64,000 nt of DNA, taken from Eledone cirrhosa. Lineage: Eukaryota. The number at the start of each line of letters is the position of its first letter. Position 1 is the first letter of the stretch. Below, in pieces: positions 39,812 through 51,962 of this stretch. The position numbers and the translations under genes were made by a program. The stretch is from contig OZ024740.1 in the NCBI GenBank assembly GCA_964016885.1, positions 434,001 through 498,000 of the forward strand. Reading direction: 5' to 3'. The notes under the pieces were generated by a model. The model did not search any database. It was not told the origin of the DNA and saw nothing but the letters and a program-made list of their open reading frames with translations.

Positions 39812-41431
39812 ACCTGGTAGATCACTGGAGTAGTTAACTGTAAGAACACCTAGAAAACCTGGTAGATGACTGGAGTAGTTAACTGTAAGAACACCTAGAA
39901 AACCTGGTAGATGACTGGAGTAGTTAACTGTAAGAACACCTAGAAAACCTGGTAGATGACTGGAGTAGTTAACTGTAAGAACACCTAGAAAACCTGGTAG
40001 ATGACTGGAGTAGTTAACTGTAAGAACACCTAGAAAACCTGGTAGATGACTGGAGTAGTTAACTGTAAGAACACCTAGAAAACCTGGTAGATCACTGGAG
40101 TAGTTAACTGTAAGAACACCTAGAAAACCTGGTAGATGACTGGAGTAGTTAACTGTAAGAACACCTAGAAAACCTGGTAGATGACTGGAGTAGTTAACTG
40201 TAAGAACACCTAGAAAACCTGGTAGATCACTGGAGTAGTTAACTGTAAGAACACCTAGAAAACCTGGTAGATGACTGGAGTAGTTAACTGTAAGAACACC
40301 TAGAAAACCTGGTAGATGACTGGAGTAGTTAACTGTAAGAACACCTAGAAAACCTGGTAGATGACTGGAGTAGTTAACTGTAAGAACACCTAGAAAACCT
40401 GGTAGATGACTGGAGTAGTTAACTGTAAGAACACCTACAAAACCTGGTAGATCACTGGAGTAGTTAACTGTAAGAACACCTAGAAAACCTGGTAGATGAC
40501 TGGAGTAGTTAACTGTAAGAACACCTAGAAAACCTGGTAGATGACTGGAGTAGTTAACTGTAAGAACACCTAGAAAACCTGGTAGATGACTGGAGTAGTT
40601 AACTGTAAGAACACCTAGAAAACCTGGTAGATCACTGGAGTAGTTAACTGTAAGAACACCTAGAAAACCTGGTAGATGACTGGAGTAGTTAACTGTAAGA
40701 ACACCTAGAAAACCTGGTAGATGACTGGAGTAGTTAACTGTAAGAACACCTAGAAAACCTGGTAGATCACTGGAGTAGTTAACTGTAAGAACACCTAGAA
40801 AACCTGGTAGATGACTGGAGTAGTTAACTGTAAGAACACCTAGAAAACCTGGTAGATGACTGGAGTAGTTAACTGTAAGAACACCTAGAAAACCTGGTAG
40901 ATGACTGGAGTAGTTAACTGTAAGAACACCTAGAAAACCTGGTAGATGACTGGAGTAGTTAACTGTAAGAACACCTACAAAACCTGGTAGATCACTGGAG
41001 TAGTTAACTGTAAGAACACCTAGAAAACCTGGTAGATGACTGGAGTAGTTAACTGTAAGAACACCTAGAAAACCTGGTAGATGACTGGAGTAGTTAACTG
41101 TAAGAACACCTACAAAACCTGGTAGATCACTGGAGTAGTTAACTGTAAGAACACCTAGAAAACCTGGTAGATCACTGGAGTAGTTAACTGTAAGAACACC
41201 TACAAAACCTGGTAGATCACTGGAGTAGTTAACTGTAAGAACACCTAGAAAACCTGGTAGATGACTGGAGTAGTTAACTGTAAGAACACCTAGAAAACCT
41301 GGTAGATGACTGGAGTAGTTAACTGTAAGAACACCTAGAAAACCTGGTAGATGACTGGAGTAGTTAACTGTAAGAACACCTAGAAAACCTGGTAGATCAC
41401 TGGAGTAGTTAACTGTAAGAACACCTACAAA
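39812..41431. repeat. 45-bp minisatellite, about 36 highly homogeneous copies
   Basis: Unit acctggtagatgactggagtagttaactgtaagaacacctagaaa. Only two positions vary (gatga/gatca and ctaga/ctaca). Confidence 0.97.
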
Positions 41432-41461
41432 ATAAATATTTCTAATCCAAGAGCACTTCAT

Positions 41462-42124
41462 ACAAATAGTGAGTTTTTGTTACCTAGGTGACAATTAGTA
41501 ATAACAGTGAATGCTTTGAAAGCCTGGTAGCCAGAATAAGAATGTGGTAGAAAAGGTTTATAGAGCTATTATGCCTGCTGCCAACAAAGACACCCCCCCC
41601 CCCCCCCCCACACACACACACCCTTTCTCCCCCCCCCCCCCTCTCTCCCCCTCTCTCTCTTCCTCGCTCTCTCTGTAAGACAGATTATATGATGCTTGTG
41701 CATAAAATACAGTTTCAAGGTTCCGTAATATGGGCATTGTATGGAAAATTCCGTGATATGGCATGGCTGGAAAGAAATGAATTGGGCACTCTCTGTTATA
41801 TAATGTTATTGTTTTTGAACAGCACAGATAAGTTGAGGGAAAAATAGACTGGGTATAAGAGGAATCAGATGTAAACAAGACTGCACTGGTATGGACATGT
41901 GATTTGTGTGGATGATGGCAGTTTAGTAAAGAAGTGGCAGGATTTCCACATGGAAAGAAGACCAAGGAAGACATGATCAAAAGTTTTAAAATCTGATCTC
42001 AGGATGCTGAAGCTCATGAAAGAGATGGCAAATAATCATGGTACTTTGTTGAAGAACAACTGTCCAAACCATGTAATAATGAGGGGGGGGGGGAAACGGA
42101 TGTAAAAATGATGATGATGGTGAT
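41462..42124 (+). mobile_element. Highly decayed RTE 3' fragment
   Basis: ttttgttacctaggtgac (FCYLGD), ttatatgatgcttgt (LYDAC), tggtatggacatgtg (WYGHV), agaccaaggaagacatg; (ATG)n tail. Confidence 0.75.
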
Positions 42125-42210
42125 ATAAGAACCAGATGTTGATAAAAGAAAGCAATTATTGTTTAAGAAAAAAACTTTTCTTGGTGGTATTTATTAATCT
42201 ATTGATCTGA

Positions 42211-42253
<43 letters not shown>

Positions 42254-42619
42254 GTGTGAAATACTATAACTTCCCTAGTTGAGAGGTTTACTGCTAATTT
42301 ATTTTATATATTTTAACACTTCAAGCCCTCTCCTTACTATTTCTATGTGAAGAAAGATGGAAACTATTTTATTTCTGATCATCTTTACTGTTTTTTAAAT
42401 GTTATTGTTAATTGTTCATGTTCTCTCTCTCTCTTTCACTCTCAATTCTCCATCACTTTCTCTATCTCTCATTCCTTCTCTGTTTCTGCTTCCCTCCCTC
42501 TCCTTCTTTCTCTCTCTGTCTTCTCCAGTAAAACTTTAAATAATTATTTTGTGAATAATTAATTATTTAACATTCCTCACTATGACTTAATTTCCTTTAC
42601 ACCATTTGTTATTGTCACA

Positions 42620-43635
42620 GCAACAGATGAAGTACTTTGTCGCAGTTCTTTACGTTCTCTCTAAATCTTATCATCTTCAATTTTGCCTTCTTCCTTCTGG
42701 AGTCGATAAAATAAACTACCACCAGTTCATTAGTAAAGTTGATTTAACAGACTTTCCACCCACCCCCAAAAAAATTTGATGGGCTTTTTCTTATGTTATA
42801 AACCATTTTTATTTCAGTGGATTGACTGAATTATTAGTGTCTGACTAGCTTGTGGTATCAAGATAGTCCTTTGTGTCCTGAGTTCAAAACCTGCCAAGGT
42901 CATATTAACCTTTCGTCCTTCCAGCTTCAATAAAATAAAGTACCTGTTCAGTACTGGGCTCAATATAATCAACTTTCCCCCAAATTGCTGACCTTCAGTA
43001 TCAGTAGAGCATCGGACAGCATGCTTAGCAACACAGAGTTACGGCCCTTTACATTATGAGTTCAAATCTCGCTGAGGTTAGCTTTGCTTTCATTCTTATG
43101 GGATCGATAAAATAAAGCACCAGTTATGCACTGGGGTCGATTTAATTGAATTTCCCCTCCCTCAAAATTGTTGGCCTTGTGCCTAAATCAGAAGTATTAT
43201 TATTAAGGCAGTAGGGCGGTGGATTGGCAGTATCGGTAGAGCTCAGTATAATCAACTTTTCCTTTCTTCCCCAAAATTATGGTCTTATACCTAAATTAGA
43301 AACCATTATTATTATGCAGATGTGCTAATACGTATATATGACATTAATGCTAGAAATAATTGTTTCTACTTTTGGCACAAGGCCAGCAAATACCCAGTAC
43401 ATTACTGGTACTTTATTTTATCGACCCCGTAAGGATGAAAGGCAAAGTTAACCTCGGCGGGATTTGAACTCAGACCGTAAAGGGACGTAACTATGCTAGA
43501 AAGCATGGTGTCCGACTCTCTACTGATACTGCCAATCCACCGCCCTGGAAATAATTGTTTCTACTTTAGGCACAAGGCCAGCAATTACCCAGTGCATTAC
43601 TGGTACTTTATTTTATCGACCCCGTAAGGATGCTG
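42620..43635. mobile_element. Cluster of about 6 tRNA-SINE copies or fragments (plus strand to about 43315, minus strand 43355-43635)
   Basis: Repeated B box gagttcaaa, core gtcgataaaataaag and tail gtgcctaaa...attatt on both strands. Confidence 0.85.
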
Positions 43636-44006
43636 GAAATAATGCTATCTATAAATGCTTGATCTATACACTGCTAATGATTATTATTTTCTATTTCTAT
43701 TTAACTCTTCTTTATTTTATTTTTCAGAAACCAATATCATGGCATGAACATTTTTCATCGGAAACTGTTTTTTTTTAACTTTTGAAGATCAACATGGGGG
43801 GTTCAAATCTGTTGTTGGTACCTTCCTGACTATAAACATATTTTATTTTTAATTAATTAAATCCTTAGTGTTTTTGTTTTTTTTTCTTATGTATATTATA
43901 TAAGACATACAATTTGGTGTTGATGGAACAACATATAGTGTGGCCAGCTGGTATGGAGACTATGGCACATGGATGTTCCTCTTAGCCTCACGTTGTTTCC
44001 TAAACA

Positions 44007-44289
44007 ATGGCCAAGGCTGTTCCGTTTCATACAAGTTCAGAGTTCAATTTTGTTGATGACTTGTCTTTGCCAACCAGCCGAAGCTGTGGAATTCCTAGCG
44101 TTGGCAAACTGACTCTTCATGAAAGATCCAACAGTGATTCTAACCTTGCTCTGTGGAGTCCCGAGACTCGGTCAAGTCTTACATTGGATAAAGAGGAATT
44201 TACCTTGGGATCTGACAGTCAAGTTATAGTGGAATGGGACATCAAAGAGGATGTCACAGCAAATGATTGGATTGCATTATTTCCAGCAG
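44007..44289 (+). CDS. HECW: First coding exon of a HECW1/HECW2 (NEDL)-like HECT E3 ubiquitin ligase, HECW N-terminal domain
   Basis: ERSNSDSNL..ETRSSLT...FTLG...VIVEWDIKEDVTANDWIALF resembles the vertebrate HECW2 segment RANSDTDL..ESRSSLT..YTLG..IIFWDIKEEVDPSDWIGLY, recalled from memory. ATG context acaATGG. Phase-1 donor CAG|gtaaat at 44289/44290. A possible acceptor ttttattttttcag ends at 43727. Confidence 0.85.
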
Positions 44290-44534
44290 GTAAATAACCT
44301 TTTCTCTCTGCACTACAAGTTCTTCTGCTTCTTTGTTTTGTTGATTTTAGTTGTAGGTATGGCTACATGGTTAAAAAGAAGTTCACTTTGCACCTTGGAC
44401 AAATGTCTTCTACTCTAGACTCCGACCTATGACTTCTCAGTGCAATTTAGTAAATGAAAACTGTACCAAAGTCCATTATGTGTGTGTGTGTACTTACATA
44501 TATGTGTGTGTGTATATATGTATGTTTATGTCTC

Positions 44535-44755
44535 CATCATCGTTTAATGTCCATTTTCCACACTAGCATGGGTTAGATAAGTTGTCCCATTGTGAGACAG
44601 CCAGATCTGAGGACCATGTTTTGCTCACACAACTGATTTGGCTTAGTTTCTACAGATGGATGCCCTTCCTAATGCCAACCACATTTACAGTATGGACTGG
44701 GCACTTTTCGTCATGATACCTACACGACCACTTTACAGGGTGGACTGGGTGCTTT
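44535..44755 (-). mobile_element. RTE 3'-end fragment or RTE-tailed short element
   Basis: Reverse complement of the tail at 37170-37400; contains the 48-bp unit. Confidence 0.82.
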
Positions 44756-45573
44756 GTCTTAAATGATGCTGGTAATTACATTAACTATACATGTGACTGT
44801 GGAATCAGAACCTTACTTCTAATTCAAAGCGCCAACTATGCCATACACTGTGTCACACTGAATCCCATTGGGAATTGCATTAAATATACATGTTTATGTA
44901 TACTCAGCCACTTACATGTCCATTTCATGAATTAACTGCCCTGTTGGTCAAACAACTAAAATACTCACTGTTGAAACAGGCAGAAGTCCTTTTGTTGTTG
45001 TTTTATTTTTACACCTGGATGCAGCATGACTCAGCCACCTAGTGGTTAGTAGTGAGCTCATCATTAATGAGCTTCTTTTTCTTCTTCTTCTACTATTGAA
45101 CCTTTCGTTACCATATTTCTAATATATACAACAAGTTAGGAGGACTCTCAGTTGTGTGAAGGTCTTACTAGTGCTGGTGATCTACACAATGAAATCACCC
45201 AGTATATGCTGTAAAGGGGTTAGTGTTATGAAGGGTATCCAGCCATAAAAAGCTTGCCAAACAAGGGGTTAGGAATACCCTTTAGTTTGTGTCAAAAGAC
45301 ACAACTTCCCTATACTCGATAGAACATATGATCATAGGTTAGCAAGATACAGACCCCCTCAGTCTGTCTGGGAGGTCAGTAGCCCCACTTCAGTACTGAC
45401 TTGGTCTATGTAGACACATCAAACCCTTGCAGGGAAAGTGGACATTAAATGATGATGATCATCATACTGTTTATGTACTTCAATCATCTTTGAAAATAAT
45501 CAAGAATTTGCAGGTATTATATGAAATCATCATCAACGTTTAACGTCCATAACTGTAGTAATTATTATTTATT

Positions 45574-45753
45574 TGGCAGTATCGGTAGAGTGTCGGACGC
45601 CATGCTTTCCAGCATAGTTACGTCCCTTTACGATCTGAGTTCAAATCCCGCCGAGGTTGACTTTGCCTTTCATCCTTACGGGGTCGATAAAATAAAGTAC
45701 CAGTAATGCACTGGGTAATTGCTGGCCTTGTGCCTAAAGTAGCAACAATTATT
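45574..45753 (+). mobile_element. tRNA-derived SINE (Nin/Deu-like core), well-preserved copy
   Basis: tggcagtatcggtagagtgtcggac..ctgagttcaaatcccgccgaggttgactttgcctttcatccttacggggtcgataaaataaagtaccag. Confidence 0.9.
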
Positions 45754-45914
45754 TATCTCTGGTTTGGAACATAACAAATATTTTGGAAGGATTTGATTTT
45801 GATAAGAGAGAACTAGAAGTGGTGGTCACCAGTGGATTGGTTGAGTTTACAGACATGGTACTTTTTACTTTCTCTAGGGATCAGCTTCTGAATTTTTGTT
45901 GTATATTGTCTCTA

Positions 45915-45945
<31 letters not shown>

Positions 45946-46824
45946 AGACATAGTAGTGGTGGTGGGGAGCTAGAACCTTCCAGAATTGCTCCCCTGCCTC
46001 TTCCCTTCACCTACAGGCACTGACCTACAGGTGTTTAAACTAAATAAACCTCATTTTAGGAAGACTTGTAAAAGTCATGCCCAATGCTTCTCTTCTCTAT
46101 TCCCCCTCCCCTTCCTCCTTTCCACCCTATCCTCTTCCTCCTCACATCTTCCCCTTCTACCTCCTGCCATTCCCCTGTTCCAACCCCCCTTTCCACTGCC
46201 TCCTCATCTCCATCCCTACTTCCTACTCTTCCTATCTTATATCAACACATTCTATTCCTATTTATGTGTAGTATATCAGAGAGTTCAAAGTTCAAACCCT
46301 GTTGTATCCCGGGTAACAGCACCATATGGCTCTTGGCTGCCTTTAACAGAGTCCATTCTGTTGCAAGTATTCAGGCCAGCTCTCTGGTTTTAGGATACAC
46401 ACTGGGTTTCCACAGTTTCTGTCAACCAAATGTTAGTCACAAGACATTGGTGAACCAAAGGCTACCTATCATGAAAGATTTGTCATATAACATTATTCCA
46501 ATGTCTCACTTCAAAGTCTGGTAGAATAAGTGTTCAATGAAATCACAAAAAAAGCTATCAATTATCATATGAAGTATATGTATATGTGTGATGTCTGAAC
46601 ATGTATCCTCTACTTCAGACTGACTTGCTCTCTGCCTCTGGGAAAATGTATTGCCCCATAGGACTGCGAGGGAGACATGTTGGAACAACCACTCCATCAT
46701 GTTAACTGATGTTATGTCCTATAAAATGTTCATTTAATCTCATACAGGATTTATGGCCTTCATTAATGTTCTTTGAAACAGTTTTTTAAATTATTTATTT
46801 ACTTCAAATAAGTCAGCAGTAAAG

Positions 46825-47208
46825 CAGTTGCCAGAATGGTAGACAATGAGGGGGGAGTGGGGTACCATAGTAGCTGCTGGTAGACACTGAGGAGGGAGGG
46901 GGTACCATAATTGCTGGTAGACATTGAGGGGGGAGGGGTGCCATAGTTGCTGGTAGACACTGAGGGGGGAGTGGGGTACCATTGTTGCTGGTAGACACTG
47001 AGGGGGGAGCGGGGTGCCATAGTTGCTGGTAGACACTGAGGAGGGAGTGGAGTACTATAGTTGCTGGTAGACACTGAGGGGGGAGTGGGGTACCATTGTT
47101 GCTGGTAGACACTGAGGGGGAGTGGGGTACCATAGTGGCTGGTAGACACTGAGGGAGGAGTGGGGTACCATAGTTACTGGTAGACACTGAGTGGGGTGCC
47201 ATAGTTGC
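46825..47208. repeat. G-rich minisatellite, unit about 38-41 bp, about 10 copies
   Basis: Unit approximately ggtaccatagttgctggtagacactgaggggggagtgg. Confidence 0.92.
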
Positions 47209-47308
47209 AGCGAACTGTAATTCATTGAATTAAAGATAAGATACTACTCAGTCGCACAATACAATATTTTACATACTAAACTGTCTATTACAGCTACATT
47301 ATTATATA

Positions 47309-47820
47309 TGCTTTCCAGCATAGTGACGTCCCTTTACGATCTGAGTTCAAATCCCGCCGAGGTTGACTTTGCCTTTCATCCTTACGGGGTAGATAAAATA
47401 AAGTACCAGTAATGCACTGGGTAATTGCTGGCCTTGTGCCTAAAGTAGAAACAATTATTATATAAGAGTGTGTTGGTGACAAACTAAATTACTCACTAGA
47501 TGGCACCAACAATGATGATAATAATAGTAGCAATAATGGTTTCTTTATTAGTCACACAGGGTTTACATTATAAGGACGATGTGGGATAGTACAGTGCGAG
47601 GGAAAGGTTTATAATAGGTTTCAGATAGAGGCATAAGGCCAACAATTTTGTGGGAGGGGAAGTCGATTAACTCAACGCCCATGCATCGCTGGTACTTTAT
47701 TTTATCGACCCCATACGGATGAAAGGCAAAGCTAACCTCGGCAGGATTTGAAATGGGAATGTGAAAGGTCTATGTCACAAACCAAGGTGTCCAATGCTCT
47801 ACTAATACTGCCAATCCATT
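47309..47820. mobile_element. Two tRNA-SINE copies (+ 47309-47460, - 47630-47820)
   Basis: Same core as 45574. Confidence 0.85.
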
Positions 47821-48275
47821 TTACATACAACATTAACTATGTACCATATAATTTGAATTATGGTTTTTTAGATCTTGTATATAAGGCACACCTCCATTTT
47901 ACATACATTTACTATGTATTTTAACTTAAGTTTCTTTTTTTTTTATTATATTCAGTAGATAAGTTGCACTTACAACATTCACAATGTACCTTCAATTAAA
48001 GCTGTCTAGGTCGAGTAGTTATGTGCTGGTGTTTCACATATTTTCGTAGGAAAGATGCCACTTACACAAACATGTATATAGTAAACTACAGACATTGACA
48101 TAGGTGCATTCAATTCCATTATACATTTGTGAATAGATTACACTAGACACTTTATTAACCGCTCCATTAAACAGATGAGAAAAACATCTTTTAGCTTTTC
48201 TTCATCAAAGCAATCATCTAGAAATACCAGCACATATAAAAGATACTAAGATCCTACCATTCTGTGTCTCATTTT

Positions 48276-48310
<35 letters not shown>

Positions 48311-48329
48311 GTATATATCTGTATATATA

Positions 48330-49453
48330 TATTGCCATAGAGATCCTTATTTGTTGGGTGTTCCTTCCAAGATACGTTTAAAGCAGCACGGAGCATACGT
48401 GTGTATGCCCCGTCTAGCCTTTTCTCCAGTTTTGATGTTAGCGTCCAAGTGATAGAACCATAAACAAGCACAGATTCCACAGCAGCTCTGAAGAAATTCC
48501 TTTTCAGTTTGGCCGGTAGGTTTGATTTCCATGTTTTATCCATTGCATTCAATGCTCCCCAGGCTTTTCCCAGTCTGATGTTAACATCATGTTCTTTGGA
48601 GGCGATATAGCTACCCAGGAATTTGAAGTCATCAATTTGCTTGATTATATCGCCGTTTAGACTTCGCATACCAACTGAGGAGTATTGGTTCAGGCAAATA
48701 TATTCTGTTTTGCCTGCGTTGACATAGTCCGATTTCCTTTGCAACTGATTCGATGCTGTGAAGTAGTGATGTTGCATCCTTAAGGTAGTCAGCGAGGACC
48801 GCTAAATCATCCGCATAGTCAGCATCGGGGATTTTCTGAGCTGCATGGCGTCTACACTTTCGCTTTGTGAGAGTGAAACCAAGCTCTGAGTTTTCATCCA
48901 GGGCTTTTCTTAATACATAGTCGAGGCAGATGATAAAAATGTATGGTGCAAGAGTATCCCCCTGGAGTACTCCTGCAATGATGTCAAAGAAGTTTGTATC
49001 TCCATCAGGTGAGCGCACCAATGCGCGGGTGTTTTTATATAACATCATGATGGCATTTACTGTTTCCTTTGGCAAGCCATAGGCTAGAAGTATCTCTCTC
49101 ATCCTCCCACGATGGATGGAATCGAATGCTTTTGAAAAGTCAATAAATAGGAGAGTTGCTGGGAGGTTTTTGGCTTTTACGCCTTCCAAGATACGCCGAA
49201 TAGTAAGTATTTGCCCTGATGTTGATCTGCAACTTGAGGACGATACTGGAGCAAGCTCGACCTTCTACGACACGTTTCCTCCATCCATCTCTGTCTCTCA
49301 TAGCGTTTGCCAGTTCTTCCGCAGTGCATCCAGTATCGTCCTCAAGTTGCAGATCAACATCAGGGCAAATACTTACTATTCGGCGTATCTTGGAAGGCGT
49401 AAAAGCCAAAAACCTCCCAGCAACTCTCCTATTTATTGACTTTTCAAAAGCAT
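48330..49453 (-). mobile_element. RTE-clade LINE RT fragment with a rearranged, fold-back 5' junction
   Basis: [39 protein letters not shown]. Inverted arms at 49126-49250 and 49329-49453. Confidence 0.92.
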
Positions 49454-49478
49454 CCAGTATCCAGTGATAATGATGATG

Positions 49479-50456
49479 TACATATATAAAATTAAGTATG
49501 TGTCTGTGTATTACATATAGGGGCCTACATCTTACGACCGATTTTCATGAAACTTTACAGGCTCATAGATTAGTCATCGGGGAGTGTTTTCTATATATCA
49601 GCGTATCGTTTTTTTTATTCCGGGGTCATTCTGCAGATAAAAATCGCTAGGGGAGGTCACCTTTTTTTAGGTATCGAAAAATAAGATTTTTGGCTCTAGC
49701 TCCCACATTTTGCCACCGATTTCGTTAAAATTTTAAAGCAAAATAGAATTTATCATTGCACATCCTGTAATGGCTTTATATTTTGCATTTGTTGTTCAGG
49801 GACGGTGTGGCAGCCGCTTAAATATTTAAAAAATACCACTTTTAGACTCAAATTTCCACTTTTTCAACCACATTAATCAACCTACTTTGTTCAAATTTTA
49901 CACTTCGCTAGATCTGATTATTTCACGTCTTAAAGTGGCTTTACATTTTGGATTTTTTGTTCAGGAACGGCGTGGCAGCCGCTTAAATATTCTTAAATAC
50001 CACCTTTTCGCTCAAATTTCCGCCTTTTCGGCTCTTGCTCCCACATTTTTCAACCGATTTTGTTCAAATTCGAAACTTCGGCTGCACCTCACACATAAAT
50101 CAATTTATTTGGTTCAACTTTTATACTACGATAGAACCTATCATTGCACATCTTATAGATGGTCAAAATGATGGCCACTGACGTCGTCTGAGCTTTTAGT
50201 TTTGAGAATTCATCAGTTTCCAATCAAGTAGCATGAGGAAATTTGGCTTAGTGTTAGAGGTCATTACCTCCCTCCCCCAGCATGCCCCTTCGTCAGTCAC
50301 CCACGTTTCTCAGTGATAGAGGTCATCACCACCCTCCCTCGCATGGCCTGTGTGTGGCCATAGATGAGTCATCGAGAAGCAATCGCTAAGATCAACACTT
50401 TTCATCAAAGCAGATATTATTTTACCTACCCAGGCAACGCTGGGTACTGCTGCTAG
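49479..50456 (+). mobile_element. Non-autonomous Helitron-like element
   Basis: 3' hairpin TACCCAG-gcaacg-CTGGGTA (50427-50446) followed by CTAG|T. 5' end tacatatataaaa, then accgattttcatgaaactt. Internal degenerate repeats of about 170 bp. Confidence 0.75.
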
Positions 50457-50616
50457 TATATATATATATATATATATATCCAGGAAAACTTCAATGTTGA
50501 GTGCTTCTAATCTATTGTAAAACTGTATTCGTTGAGTAATCAACAAACCATATTAATCTTTGGTTTTATATATATATATATAGTTTGTCTGATTCAAATG
50601 TAATTTCACTGAGGAA

Positions 50617-51047
50617 TAATAATTGTTTTTATTTGGGTACAAGGCCAGTAGTTTCAAGAGAAGAAAAAGTACTTATTTGGTACTTTATTATATTGACCCC
50701 AGAAGGACGGAAGGTCAAGTTGACCATAATAAGATTTTATCTGAGAACGTAGAAAGTCATAACTAAATACCGCAAAACATTTTGTCCAACGCTCAACTGA
50801 TACTGCCAATCTACCACTCTCGGCCATAGTAATAATAATGGTTTCCGATTTAGGCAGAAGGCCAACAATTTTGGTGTAGGGAAAAGTTGATTAAATCGAC
50901 CCCAGTGTGTGACTGGTACTTCATTTTATCAACCCCATAAGGATGAAAGGCAAAGCTAACGCCGGCAGGATTTGAACACAGAACGTAACGGGCTGTAACT
51001 CTATGCCACGAAACATGTTGTCCGACACTCTACCAATACTGCCAATA
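50617..51047 (-). mobile_element. Two tandem tRNA-SINE copies
   Basis: Reverse complement of the 45574 consensus. Confidence 0.82.
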
Positions 51048-51627
51048 ATAATAACAATGATCATTGTTAACCTTGAACACATTTCTGCATATTCTCCAAA
51101 CTGTACCTAATTCTTGTTCCAAAACAGGAAACTCTTGATGTATTTCTCAAATCATAAATAATAATGATATTAATAATAATAATAATGTTGTGTACTGTTT
51201 CTACCTCTCTATCCCACTTGTACTACCTCTCTATCCCACTTGTTATTCTATGAACTCAGTCTTTTTCCTGCTTTGGTGCCACTTTGTCTCTTTCTCAATA
51301 AGTAGCTACTCAAAGATTTTTTTTTTTATTTTTATTTCACCCTGACTTGTTTCCTGCCATGTTCTTGTCTACCTTTTCCTCCCACCCATCCCCTCCATAT
51401 GCCTACTGTTTATATTTTATGGAGACCTTCCTTGTATTTAAAACACTTTGGTGACACTGAAATTTGAGATCTGGAATAGAGGTTTTCTTTCTTGTTTTTT
51501 ATTTTATTTCTGAATGGTTTATATGAAAGAAGCACCAGGACATTCACCATTAATTTACAGAGTCTAAGGTGCATTGCTGTGTAAGGTGTACCCTTATTTT
51601 AAAGAAAAAAGTGTAGGCAGAAAATGT

Positions 51628-51962
51628 TGGCATGACTGTGTGGTTAAGTGAGTTCACTTTGCAGCCACTTAGTTTCAGGTTCAATCACACAGTGTGTCAC
51701 ATTGGACAAGTGTCTTCTACTCTATCCTCAGGTTGACTTATACCTTGTGAGAGAAATTTGGTAGATAGAACCTGACAGAAGCCCATTGCATATATATATA
51801 TTTATGTGTGTGTGTGTGTGTTCCTTTGTCTGTGTACCATCCTGGTCAGCTGTCAACCATTGCTGGTAGGGAAAGTGAACATTAAATGATGATGATTGAT
51901 ATGATCAACTAAATCCCTTTACGGCAATGCTGCAGCATGGCACCACTCTAATAACTGAAACT
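51628..51962 (+). mobile_element. tRNA-derived SINE, third family, with a CR1-like tail
   Basis: Head ggcatgactgtgtggttaag..caggttcaatcac..ggacaagtgtcttctac, also seen at about 15705 and 44355. Tail cagcatggc..ctgaaac resembles the CR1 3' end at 59140-59203. Confidence 0.6.

Noticed and set aside
45574-45660. tRNA gene
   Set aside because: A and B boxes are present, but there is no complete cloverleaf and the sequence continues into a multi-copy SINE core and tail.
46791-47202. Pro/Ser-rich ORFs in three frames
   Set aside because: They are translations of a G-rich minisatellite.
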